From contig CP075497.1 in assembly GCA_021613535.1 (NCBI GenBank), positions 5,456,001 through 5,520,000 on the forward strand: a stretch of DNA of 64,000 nt, given 5' to 3'. Below the pieces are notes generated by a model, which worked only from the letters and a program-made list of their open reading frames with translations, had not been told where the DNA came from and did not search any database. Below are positions 1 to 12,775 of this stretch, piece after piece. How positions within the stretch are numbered: position 1 is the stretch's first letter; each line of letters opens with the position of its first letter. Both the position numbers and the translations under genes were made by a program. The DNA comes from Adineta vaga. Lineage: Eukaryota > Animalia > Rotifera.

Positions 1-2619
1 CCTTTGACTATTCCAAGATTATAATTTATATACGATTGTAAATCAATATGTAGATAATATTCAATTGCATCCAAGAAGAGTGGAATGAGAATATTAATAC
101 CACGTAAATTGATACGAAATAGATCACCACTATTCAATAAGATGGATTCTATAATAGTTTGAGAACGTTGCTAGAAGAAAAATATTCATTCGTTTTGAAA
201 TTTTCTAAATTTTATATTACTTCATCTCCATGATAAAATCGAAGTCCTTGCTGTAGAATATAATAGAATCGGCTTAAATATTCCGGATAAATAAATTCAT
301 CACATTGTGCATTACCAAAGATTGTACATATAGTCGCAAATGATTTGGCAAATGCTTCATCCATTAAACGTTCATTCTAAAATAGAATTGATAGAAAAAG
401 ATTCAATCGAAAAAAAAATATTCTCTTTTACTTGAACATCAATGACCTTTTCTGTTTCATTTGCTCGTGAAGCTAAATATAAATTGAATAAAGATTGATT
501 CAGAAAATAAATTGGCATACTTAAACCCGTCAGTAGTTTATTTCGTATAGCCATGTCGTATGTTGTCAATAGCTTTAATTACGCACAAAACATGTACACA
601 TAAACTACTCACTCAGCCGTATCAATCGAATGAGGCAAAAAAAGAAAAGTCGTATTCGAAATAGTTCGCTCAATTTATATCTGATCACATCACGAAGAGA
701 CGAATAGAGAGTCAATTATGTCCTATTGTTTTATTTACATAAGACTTTATCTACTTACTATCAAGGAGTGACGAACGTGAATGACGATCTTTTATTTGTA
801 AAAGACAACAATCTAATATCCATGAGCCATAGAGATGCATTAGACTATTGACAGTAGGATGATTGATATGTATGGTTTTCAAAGAAGGTTTTTCAGATCG
901 ATTCGTAGCAATCAATAATGGCGTCATTGGAGAAAGATTTTGATTAGTAGGTAAAGGAACTAAAGAAAAAAAAAATTCCAAGAAATATAATGATAGTATG
1001 TTCATTATCATACTTTTTCGATTATCAATTTGTGAACGAGTGGTTCGTAATGTTGGAGGTATAGAAGTCTGTTGATGTTGTTGAACACTCGATGGCACAC
1101 CACGAAGTGAATGAATTGATTGTCGTGGTGTTTGAATATTGTTAGGTGTTGATGGAGTATTTTCATTCATGATTGCTATGGAATTATTTGAAGGTTTTGG
1201 ACTATATAAACATGATGGATCGACATCTTTTCCTAAAGTAAGAATATGAAAAGAAACGATGAATCAGATCGTATGTCATTTTACCTAACCAAATATCAAC
1301 AAACATTCCTATTGCTTTTGTAACATTAACAAATATTCGTGGTAATTCTTGTAGAGATGTAAAATCTTTTAATTTGAAGTTTGCATTCATTTGTAATTGA
1401 CTAGAATATGTTGGCATTTGAAGAAAAACCTAAGAGAATCGAAAGTTTCAATTTATTTTCTTTTATTTTTGTTGAAAATTTTCTAATTACTGAAACATCA
1501 CCACATTCCGATGGATTTTGTAGAATCGTTAAAAATTGAATCCATGTTATTACAAGTTTGTCTAACGAAAGAGAATCGATAACTTTTTGCGTATATTCAC
1601 CTTGATCTGTCTCGGTACCTAAGAAAATTGGATTCGCAAAAACAGAATCTATATAAATTCGAATTTCGTACAAACATATTGCAATGGTATGAAATCTGAC
1701 CACCATAATTTATGTACAACTGTCGATGTAAGAACACACGTGAGCTGCGCCCAATCTATATATTACAATGAAATTTTCATAAAATATCGATGTTAAATCT
1801 AACCATAGACAACAGCTGGCCGATGACGCCAAGTTTGAGTATAATCACGAAACGTTCGCCATAATCCAGGTGGAATACGTATTTTATCAATTGCTGCCAT
1901 AAATACTTGATATATCGAAGGAACAAGACGATGACTCATAACAGCAGTACATTCTTCATTTGCTAGAAAATCGAACGAAGAAATAAGAAGGATTGAATCT
2001 TATTGCTATACTTCGATATGATGGAGATAAAACTGTATCACCAATTGCAAGAAAGACTTGTAATAAGATATGCCATAGATCTACACTTAATTCTGTTTGA
2101 CTAATCATAATTTGTAATTGACGTAAAACTTTGTGTGTATACATTCGTTTTGTTAATAAATCTGCTGTTTTTTCTAATAGATAAACGAAGTTTGAAATCA
2201 AATTTTACGAGATTCTATTTACCATCATGAATAACAAATAAATGATAAAGATGCCAAAACATTTGTGACCAATAGAATTCTGTTTTTTCACGTAGAATTG
2301 GTGGAATTGAATTTGAATTTGCCGATAGATTTTCAAATACTTTCAACCATTCAACATACACATTAGCACATAATTGATAAATAGAACTTTCTTCACATGT
2401 AAAACCAAAAGCAAAGATTTCTAATGTCCATTTAAAATCTTTATCCGTCGTTATAGAAAATGGACGATTACTTATAATTAATTCATAGATATGTGTTAAA
2501 TATGGTGCAGCTATTTTCTCTGCTACAATCGATGGTATATTACATGATAATGGTGAATTACAAATACTGTGTCGCTGAATTTCATCATCATATGATGAAT
2601 ATCCATTGTACATAAACAT
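1..2619 (-). CDS. RALGAPB: Ral GTPase-activating protein subunit beta, 5' portion (multi-exon; continues beyond window start)
   Basis: Exons translate to FKWTLEIFAFGF, LLQVFLAIGDTVLSP, IPPGLWRTFRDYTQTWRHRPAVV, HPTVNSLMHLYGSW and YPEYLSRFYIILQQGL...ESILLNSGDLF, in the order of conserved RALGAPB blocks. Short GT-AG introns. Confidence 0.85.
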
Positions 2620-2663
2620 CTAAAATAAGTGTTTGTTTTTATTTATTAAAAACTAAAAAAAAA

Positions 2664-3963
2664 TCATGAAACATCTGTATTTTTACTAAAGATAAAAATG
2701 TCTGTTTTAGTACGAATAACAAAACGTTCATTATCAGTGAATGGTATCATATTTCGTATTTCATTACAATCAAATACACGTACAGATCCAAGGCCATTCA
2801 TATTCACATCAAAACAACTGCCAGGATACGATCCTTGAACTAGCCAACCTTGATTTCTACTTGGACATATCCAATCACGTTCGATTCGATCATCAATCAT
2901 GACTTTATATAGATAACCATCTGCAAGAGATGTTGTTGAATACACTAATATATAATTTTTTTCATCATTCGCAATTACTAATAAAGCTAAATGTTCATTT
3001 GTATGATTATCAAGAGCTATTCGTCGAGAATTATATCCATCAGCAATGGGATATTGATCTGCTTGAAGATTTTCTAAGGAATCTTTATCATATTTATATA
3101 TAGTTGATTTTTTGACGAGATAGAATATACTACGATGATTATCGATTGCTCCACATATGTAACCAATACCAGACTCGATTAGATCATATTGTGTTGTTCG
3201 ATAGTCTAGTAAATAGACATTTTCATCTGTAATAACGATACATTTTAACAACCAATCCACATAACATAAATCATGAATCGTAGAATTATTATCCAATTGT
3301 GTAGAAGTTAGTTGTTTCGAATTGCTTAATGGAAGAATAACTAATTCATTTAAATTTTGAGAATAAACTAATGTATGATTTTCACAAAGAACCATGGACA
3401 TATCTTTTGTTGGAGATGATAAATGTGCTAATGTTTCTAATGTAAAATCTCGACCGAAATCAATAGAATTAATTGCAATTTTCTTTTGATTAGGTGATGA
3501 AGATTTCATTCGATTGATGGATACTTCAATTTTTTTATCTGTCTTTTCCGATGAATAACTATGATAATTATTCGATATATCATTTGATGTCGATGAATTG
3601 TTGGATTGATTTATTGGTGGTTGTTTTATTAGAGATTGTTTCGGACGAGGAGGACATTTAACAGATTGTCGTCTACCTAAAAATATTTAAAGAAATAACG
3701 ATAGAAAACTTTTGAAGAAGTATTTTACTTAAACTGTCATCAAAGGCATTTAAAATCAAATGACCAGCTGTACGTACACGTTCATCAAGTTGTTCTAATC
3801 GTTGTAAACGCCATTGATCAATATATGTTAAAGCATGTGTTCGTAATCTTACTGCTTGTGATCGATTTGAACAATGATCAATACAAAAAATAAATTCCTG
3901 AATATTTTCATCAAAATCATCTTCACTTCGATCATTAGTATTATAACGATCCGATAATTCCAT
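2664..3963 (-). CDS. Hypothetical protein: helical N-terminus plus probable beta-propeller (NHL/WD-like) C-terminal domain
   Basis: ORFs 3673-3981 and 2664-3509 are joined through an intron near 3676-3730. The C-terminal exon is rich in short beta-strand/Asp-Gly repeats. Fold is inferred only. Confidence 0.6.
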
Positions 3964-4519
3964 CGTATATATTCTTATCAACTAAAAGAATGATTCTGCT
4001 CGAAAAAGACTCATTTCATCCATTAGATTATTTAAATAACATGTTTAGTATAGAAATGAAAAATGGTACTCAATTACGTGAAAGAATGTTCTTTGTAAAG
4101 AAAAAAAAGAAAAAATTGGTTCCCTCGACAGATTCAAATGTATAAAATGATAAACATGTATGTATATATATAGAGACAGAAAGAGTTATTTTCTCTTTTT
4201 CTTTCTTATGTACATATAAAAAAATTAATTATCGAACACGTACACTGGCATACATAGGTTTTTTTCTCTGAAGAATTATTCACAATTATACATAAAGTTA
4301 ACTATACAATGGCACACACTACTGACAAAAAATGAGCATCTGTATTCTAAATAGGAAATAAAAAGAAGTGAAAAGTAATGGCAAAGTTGCGAGTTTTGTT
4401 TAATATATGAAATAAAAAAGATAAATAGGAAAAAGACGTTATGTTCAAGAAGAATAATATAGAAAAAATAAAAGTTTATAGAATATATATATATATATAT
4501 AAAGGTTCTGTACTGAGCA

Positions 4520-7500
4520 TTATTTACGTTCACTGGCTGGTTCATTCATTGTTTTATCGCATATTGTACATACACGTACAGGTGTTAACCAATCTCGTTC
4601 TGGTACTGAACGTTTATTTGGTGAACATTGTTCACAAATACCCTCGCCACAATTTCGACTAGAACAAAAACAAAAGATGTTAATATGTAAATGAGATATA
4701 AAACATACCAATGATGTAATCGATTGGTTGTACTATTAAATGAACGTTTACAAATATTACAAGCACGACATTCATTATCTGGTCGCCAATAATTTGGTCG
4801 AGTACTTTCTTTTATCAGTTCTATATGAAAAACAAACAGAAAAGATTATTCTAAAGAAGAACAGAACATATTTCAAATGTTTACCAATAGGATAATTAGC
4901 ACCTATCTTTTCGAGACCATTTATTACAGTTTCATAAACACGTCTAGTTGTAGGAATATCAACTGTAACTGGACCTTTGAAAATAGAAAAGAAAATGAAT
5001 AGATATTTTTAAAAGAAAAGACAAAATCAATCGGTTTTTTTGTCAAAAGATGGAACAGCATGCACACAGGAGCATCAACATCAAACGAGACGAACTGATA
5101 CGTGAAATAAACGAATAAACGTACGAGAAAATGACCTTTTAGCATACCTGCTCCTGGCTGTTCGATATCGAAAATATCAGTTGGAGTTAAACACAGATCG
5201 CTGAGATGCTCACCGGATGAGACAATACTTGCTGAATCTGCATTGTTACCATTTTCATAACTATTGACTTTTGGTCTTTGATTGTTTTGTTTATCTTTTT
5301 CTATCAAAGATGATGAAGAATTTGACGTAGATGACGGTGGACGAGATTGTGGATTGCCATAACAATGATTACATACACGAACAGGTTTTTCAGTATCAAT
5401 CCATGGAACAATACGACGATTGCTTGTACATGTGTCACAAAATACATGGCCACAAGCTAAATAATAATAAATGTCGTTTATTTATGCGAAGGTTTTATTA
5501 TTCTCAATTCTTCTCATGAGCATCTTGTAAAACAAACCTCGACAATGATGTTTGGAATAATCAGAACCAAATTGTAAATCACATGATGAACATTTCTATT
5601 AAGTTTAAAAAACAAAATTTTTTTCAATGATTACGAATAAAACAAGTATCGTTCTTACATGAACATCTTTATTTGGAACCCAGTAAGATGGTGCTACTTG
5701 ATCAGCAACCATTTCTGTTAACATCTTTGTTGGAGCCGAAAGATAACTAAACGAATATAAAATTTTACGTTGACATTTTTCTTTAAAAAAGAAAGAATCA
5801 TTTAATCCGACCTTCCAGCATAGACAATCAATTCAATAAATTTTCTAGGTGTTACATCACTTGCTAATCGACTAGCATCATCTCCTGGCCAAACATGAAT
5901 AACTTCTACACGGGTAACATCTTTTGGTTCATTGTTTCCATACCAATGCTTTCTTGAACGATAGATTTCTCCATGAGATGGACATTCAATTACAAATCCA
6001 GACCACATATATTTCAAAAGTCCCTGTACAAGACTATCACCTTTCGGTATAAGTTTTCCATACACAATCATATCACGTCCTTCACGATGACATCTTAAAC
6101 ACTTCCAAACTTCATTATCGAGATCTTTACTATATGAACATCGTTTATCACATTGATGAGGAATATTTTCTTTGTGATGATTTGCGGTCATTATACATTT
6201 AGATCTTAGAAAATGAAAATCAAATACAAGAGAATTTGTGAAAATCGACTAGTCTTACCCGCATGACAAACATTTTTCACAACATGCAAAAAAATCATCT
6301 GGCAAAGTGGAAGGCATTTCTGGTGGAATTGCATGGTTAAATTTTTCATTCAAAGCCTAAATAGATATGACAAAGAGCGTAGTGTATTGAATTTATTTTT
6401 CTGATCATTAATTATTTGAAAAAGGAATCTTATTATCAATAGTATACTTACCCGTAAGGCTGTATATACTGCTGACAAACGTCGTGGAGAACGAATCTTG
6501 TTATTTTCCAAAATGGCTGTGATTGTCGCTTTCAGTTCACTAAAATCTGTCTGTTTTCCACCCAACGTTTGAATTCCAACATATTCAATCGAACTATAAC
6601 AAGCACTCTCATGCACATTACACAATAGAACACAACGATAATAACACCTACCTATATGCATCATACGACAGTTTCATCTTCTCGAATCGTTCTTTCACTT
6701 GTTCAACCGCTGTCTTTTGACATTGAAAGTGGTCTACATCATACATTTCATCGTCATCTCTTTTTTCATACTCTCCACCAAAACAACATACCTCTCAACA
6801 CTTCCGTGTGTTGTGTTTCATGGAACACAATCAATGTTGGTCCCATCGTCGAAATCGGTCCATCCACCTTGCATGTTCTCATCACGTTTTCGAGTTCTTT
6901 TCGAAAATATTTCAAGAATGCATTGGATGCATCGGAGAGAAATTGGAACATGTCATTGGGTAGTTTAGGTGCTCGTGTTCGAAAGATGAGAATATCACTG
7001 ATGCAAAGAATTTTGAGAAGGAGTCGATTTCGAATGTTATCATTTTGTGATAATCCGAGTCGACCTTCGGTATCGAGAACGAGTGTTCGATGATTTTCAT
7101 CGAGTGCTGACCAAACACCCATGGTGCATGAATCGGAAGTTGACGAAGTGTTAAATTTTTCTTGACCATTGAAGAAGACTTGATTTAGTGTGAATGATTT
7201 TCCATCACCTGTGTTGCCAATGATAGAGACACATTTGACTGGAAGATCTTTCGATGTGGCTCTGAGCTGTCGAGTGAATTCATCTTCATTGTTGATCTAA
7301 TTAGAACACATAAGAAAAAAAGACTTTTGAAATTGAAAAAGAAGTTATTGCAAAGAAAGCTGATGAGTTACCGTGAGACGTTCATTTGCATCAAGAAGTA
7401 AGAAAACACCATTATGATCGGTATTTAATTGTGATTTCTGAGAAAGACGATGGTTGCTTTTAGTAATATATCGATTATCAATTTGATCTTCATCTCCATG

Positions 7501-8317
7501 ATCTACCATTGAATCAAGTAACATTTGTTCATCAAGATTATGTTGTTGTGGAATATTATTTGAATGTTTATATTGATGATGTGAAGCAATCGAATTTGAA
7601 TTTTTTGATTTTATCAGCTTTTCTTTTCGTACTGGTGGTGAAGTAGGACTATCATCACTATCATCAACTTTCACATCTTCAAATGAGGATCCTGATTGTT
7701 TAGGAGTTGATATTCGTCCATTTGTATTCATTTTATTATCATAATAACCATTCGACGATGAATTGATTTTAATGGGTCTCGATTCGGTACGATATTGATC
7801 ATTACTTGAAAAAACAAAATTCATTTGGAAAAAAGATACGTTTTTATTTCGATAGAACTTACGGATTCTTTTTTGTAGGTAATAATATTTGTCGATCTCT
7901 ACATTTTTGTGGTTTATGTACTTTTCCATCTGAATGTTGATGTTGACTTTCATAACATGAATAACAAAATGATAATTCACAAGTTGAACAATAAAATACT
8001 GCTTGATGTTCTCGATCAACTGAGCAATGTTCATCAACCATTTCATCTAAATTCAACCGTTGATGTTTGGTATTTTCGATATTTTCATGAAGTTCTTTTT
8101 CACATGAAATACATTGTAATGATTTACATTGTAGGCAATAATGTAATGCGTCAGACAAAACTTTTGGTTGACGTGCTAAACATCTTGTACATTGTAAATA
8201 TGGTGGATTAGGAATAACATCTTTAGTTGGTGATGAATCACTCAATGGAGATGAAGGTGAATCTTCATTAGTTTTATATGGATAATTCCATATTTGTACT
8301 GATTCAGTGGATTGCAT
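4520..8317 (-). CDS. ZFYVE1: Zinc finger FYVE domain-containing protein 1 (DFCP1), copy A
   Basis: N-terminal B-box-like Cys/His fingers; P-loop IIGNTGDGKS; DTEG; WSGFVIECPSHGEIYRSRKHWYGN; two FYVE domains (SKHHCR, RLHHCR...RVC). Confidence 0.92.
6483..7290. repeat. Near-identical direct repeat of 10596-11403 (offset 4113)
   Basis: About 11 substitutions and no indels over ~808 nt by manual comparison. ORFs 6766-7122 and 10879-11235 encode identical peptides. Confidence 0.95.
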
Positions 8318-8830
8318 AATACAAAGGTGGAAATTTTTTCGTTAACTCGTCGATATCTGATAACTCACTGTCTGTTAGCTACTATGATCATTAAGTACAA
8401 GCAATGTGACTCATACATCCATCCAATAGAAATTTTTGATAAGATCGTTTTCTATTAAATCGATTTCTCGGACAATATATACATATATGAGTAAGAAAAG
8501 AAATCAATTGATACTATCAATAGTTTAATCATATGATTCGGTTGTTATTGGTAGATGTCCTTAAGGATAATGATGATGTCGCTAATGGTTGAAGGATAGG
8601 TCACAATCATTTGTGTGATTGATCTGATATGATTTTTCAATAATGCGAAAAAAAAGAAAATATCTTTATTAAATACATATGTAAATATTCATTTTTATAT
8701 CTCAGGATTATTTTATACAATAGAATAAGTCAAAAATACATATTACTATGAAAATGAATTGATAAAATTGATTATAAGAAATATTAGAAATTGCATATCT
8801 GTTCTGCAGATTATATTTTCACTGTTAAGT

Positions 8831-11800
8831 TCACATATTGATTGTTTTCTCACATGATTTACATACACGCTCTGGAGTTAACCAATCTCGTTCTGGTACA
8901 GAACATTTATTCGGTGAACACATATCACAAACACCTTCACCACATTTTCGACTAGAATATGAAGTCGAACATCTCTTGATAAACAAAGACAATTCAATGA
9001 CATACCAATGATGTAGACGATGTGTAGTATTATTGAATGGATGTTGACAAATGCAACAAACATGACATTCACTATCAGGTCGCCAATAACTTGGTCGAGT
9101 ACCTTCTTTTATAAATTCTACATACAGAGAAATATTTTTTATTTGAGTGGAAAATCAACTTAGTTCTATTTTTACTTACCGATTGGATAATCATACACGA
9201 CTGGTGCAACATTATTCTTGACAAGTTCTAAAAAACGTCTCGACATAGGAATATTATACGATGTTGAATCTATAGAACAAAAGAAAAAATTAAAATACAC
9301 ATCTATTCAAATAAAATACATACTTGTGGTACTATCGTTATGATTTGTTTCGTAGTCAAGTGAATGGATTCGTTGTGAATTTAAATCATTATTTTGAAAG
9401 ATTGATGAAAGTGTTTGTGCTTGTAGCTTACGATAACATTCATCACAGACACGTTCAAGTGTTGTATTATCAAGTAAAGGAACAATAGTACGATGTGTTG
9501 TGCACGTATCACAAAAGATATATCCACATGCTATAAGAAATTGTATTATCTATTAGAGTTGATGGGAAAACTTCGAGCTAGAGAATCTCATGGTAACTAT
9601 TGTTCAATTGTCATCTTTGTATTTTAATCAAATTCAAAAGTATTCAAGTAAAAATGTATAAACAAACCTCGGCAATGATGTTTAGAATAGTCCAAACCAA
9701 ATTCTAATTTACATGATGAACATTCCTTCAATATAAATAAAGAATATTTCATAATATTAAAATGTTAGTATTTTTCTACATGAGCGTCTTTATTCGATAT
9801 CCAATATGATGGTGCTACTTGATCAGCGACCATTTCTTTTAACATCTTTGTTGGAGCTGTTAAACAACTGAAACAGTTAGAAGTACTCATATCTTTGTAT
9901 ATTTGAAATCTTAGAGGCAAACCTTCCAGCATTACGAATGATTTCGATAACTTTTCTTGGTGTTACATCACTTGTCAATCGACTGTTGTCATCTGCAGAC
10001 CAAACATGAGTAATTTCGATATGGGTAACATCTTTTGGTTCATTGTTTCCATACCAATATTTTCTTGAACGGTAGATTTCACCATGTTTTGGACATTCAA
10101 TTACAAAGCCAGACCATACATATTTTACGATGCTTTGTACAACATTATCATTTGCTGCTGTTAATTTTCCATAGACAACAGTATCATGTCCAGCACGATG
10201 ACATTGTAAACATTTCAATAATTCATTATCGAGATCTTTATTATAAGAACATTGTTCTCGACATTGATGAGGCATATTCTCCTTCTGATGATTGGAACTC
10301 AGTACACATTTAGCTCTAACATTACAATGTGAATGAAAAAAATGTCATAACTTTGCAAAAAGAGTACTACTAACCCACAAGAAAGACATTTCGTACAACA
10401 CGTGAAAAAGTCATCTGGTAGGATAGATGGCATCTCTGGTGGAATTGCATGGTTAAATTTTTCATTCAAAGCCTAAATTGATATGAAAGAGAGAGAGATT
10501 AATCAAAAATTAACTTCTTGTTTCATCTAGTCGCTTCATTACTCATTCAAAATCATATACAAACCTTCAAAGCTTTGAAAACAGTTGATAATTGACGTGG
10601 TGAACGAATCTTGTTATTTTCCAAAATGGCTGTGATTGTTGCTTTCAGTTCACTAAAATCTGTCTGTTTTCCACCCAACGTTTGAATTCCAACATATTCA
10701 ATCGAACTATAACAAGCACTCTCATGCACATTACACAATAGAACACAACGATAATAACACCTACCTATATGCATCATACGATAGTTTCATCTTCTCGAAT
10801 CGTTCTTTCACTTGTTCAACCGCTGTCTTTTGACATTGAAAGTGATCTACATCATACATTTCATCGTCATCTCTTTTTTCATACTCTCCACCAAAACAAC
10901 ATACCTCTCAACACTTCCGTGTGTTGTGTTTCATGGAACACAATCAATGTTGGTCCCATCGTCGAAATTGGCCCATCCACCTTGCATGTTCTCATCACGT
11001 TTTCGAGTTCTTTTCGAAAGTATTTCAAGAATGCATTGGATGCATCGGAGAGAAATTGGAACATGTCATTGGGTAGTTTAGGTGCTCGTGTTCGAAAGAT
11101 GAGAATATCACTGATGCAAAGAATTTTGAGAAGAAGTCGATTTCGAATGTTATCATTTTGTGATAATCCGAGTCGACCTTCGGTATCGAGAACGAGTGTT
11201 CGATGATTTTCATCGAGTGCTGACCAAACACCCATGGTGCATGAATCGGAAGTTGATGAAGTGTTAAATTTTTCTTGACCATTGAAGAAGACTTGATTTA
11301 GTGTGAATGACTTTCCATCACCTGTGTTGCCAATGATAGAGACACATTTGACTGGAAGACCTTTCGATGTGGCTCTGAGCTGTCGAGTGAATTCATCTTC
11401 ATTATCAATCTAGAGAAACAAAAAATGTAGCGTAATAGAATTATTTGAGAAGGAAGGTTATGACTGACAGTGAGATGTTCATTTGCATCAAGAAGTAAGA
11501 AGACATCATTTGAATTAGTTTTCGTAGTAGGATTTCCTTCATTATTCTTGTTTGATCGTCGTTCGACATCGCCACGCGTCCTGTTTATTTGATTGGAGTT
11601 TTGATGTTGATGGTAAATGATCGGTTGTGGTACTATTAATGATGGTACAGAAAGTTGCTGATGTGATGATGTCAATTGAACGTGTTCTAATAAAGGTGCA
11701 GTAGAGTTTAATTTCTGATTGAATTTAGAATAATTGTTGTCATTTGAATGATCTGGTTGAAGAGCATTTCGATGTTGAATACTACGAATACATATACACA

Positions 11801-12397
11801 TATTACGTTAAGTATGAACTATACAAGTTTATAGACATTCATCGAAAAATAATAATCTATTTCAATTCAAGTGGATTTTTAGATGGAAAGATTTTAATTC
11901 AAAGGAAAAAGGTTAAGACTATCATAAAGGTATCTTCGTTTCCTCCAAATAGATCCTATAAACTGAGCAAAAACGATTGCCTATTTGTCGTAACAAATTA
12001 TATCTTTGTTTTTTTCTAAAACTTGCTAGTAACGACTGGTATAGATGGTTGACTTACTCGACTTTGTTCGTGATTAAGATTGATTTTTCTCGGAATTTTT
12101 GTGGTTTATGTACACTTCCATCTAATTGATGATGTCGATTTTCATAGCATGAATAACAGAATGACATCGTACATGTCGAACAATAAAATATTGCTGGATG
12201 TTGCCCATCTATACAACAATATTCATCATCGATCTTAGTTAAATTTAATCTTTCATGTTGTTCATGCTCAATATGCCCATGAATTTCTTTTTCACATAAA
12301 ATACACTGCAATGATTTACATTGTATACAATAAAATGCTCCTTCAGAAGTTGTTTTAATATCACAAACTCGATATACTACACGTTTAAAGAAGACAT
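8831..12397 (-). CDS. ZFYVE1: ZFYVE1/DFCP1 tandem paralog, copy B (start uncertain)
   Basis: Same exon order and domains as copy A (B-box, GNTGDGKS, WSGFVIECPKHGEIYRSRKYWYGN, two FYVE). The nearest ATG (12397) is one base out of frame with the B-box exon. Confidence 0.88.
10596..11403. repeat. Near-identical direct repeat of 6483-7290
   Basis: Second copy of the tract, including two virtually identical introns. Confidence 0.95.
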
Positions 12398-12775
12398 TGT
12401 ATATAAAGATGTCAATCACAATTTTTACCGATATATATAGATATACGAAATACAATAGAAAACTGGTCTCGATCTCGAGTTAAATTTTAACATGATTCAT
12501 TCTTTTGACAAATGGAAAGGCTTTTCCAAATCTATTGTAAATACTTCGAGTGTTTTTTTTCTTGAGATAATATATCTCATTCTCATCAAATACTGTATCT
12601 TTTCAATCAATCTATAGATCACATTCTATTTTAAATAGATGTCACTAAACATTTTTGTACGTATTTATCTATTGGTTGTACATTTTGTAATATCTATCTA
12701 TGCGTGTGGTGTGTGTGTTACAAACTATTTTTATACTAGACAACTAGACAAAAAGAAAGTGTTTTAATTGAGATA

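Noticed and set aside
6656-7093. Duplicated plus-strand ORFs (also 6699-6968, 10769-11206, 10812-11081)
   Set aside because: Antisense shadows of ZFYVE1 exons, duplicated only because of the conversion tract.
6483-11403. Direct repeats 4.1 kb apart as possible LTRs of a retroelement
   Set aside because: The repeats are coding exons and introns of ZFYVE1, with no gag/pol, PBS or TSD.
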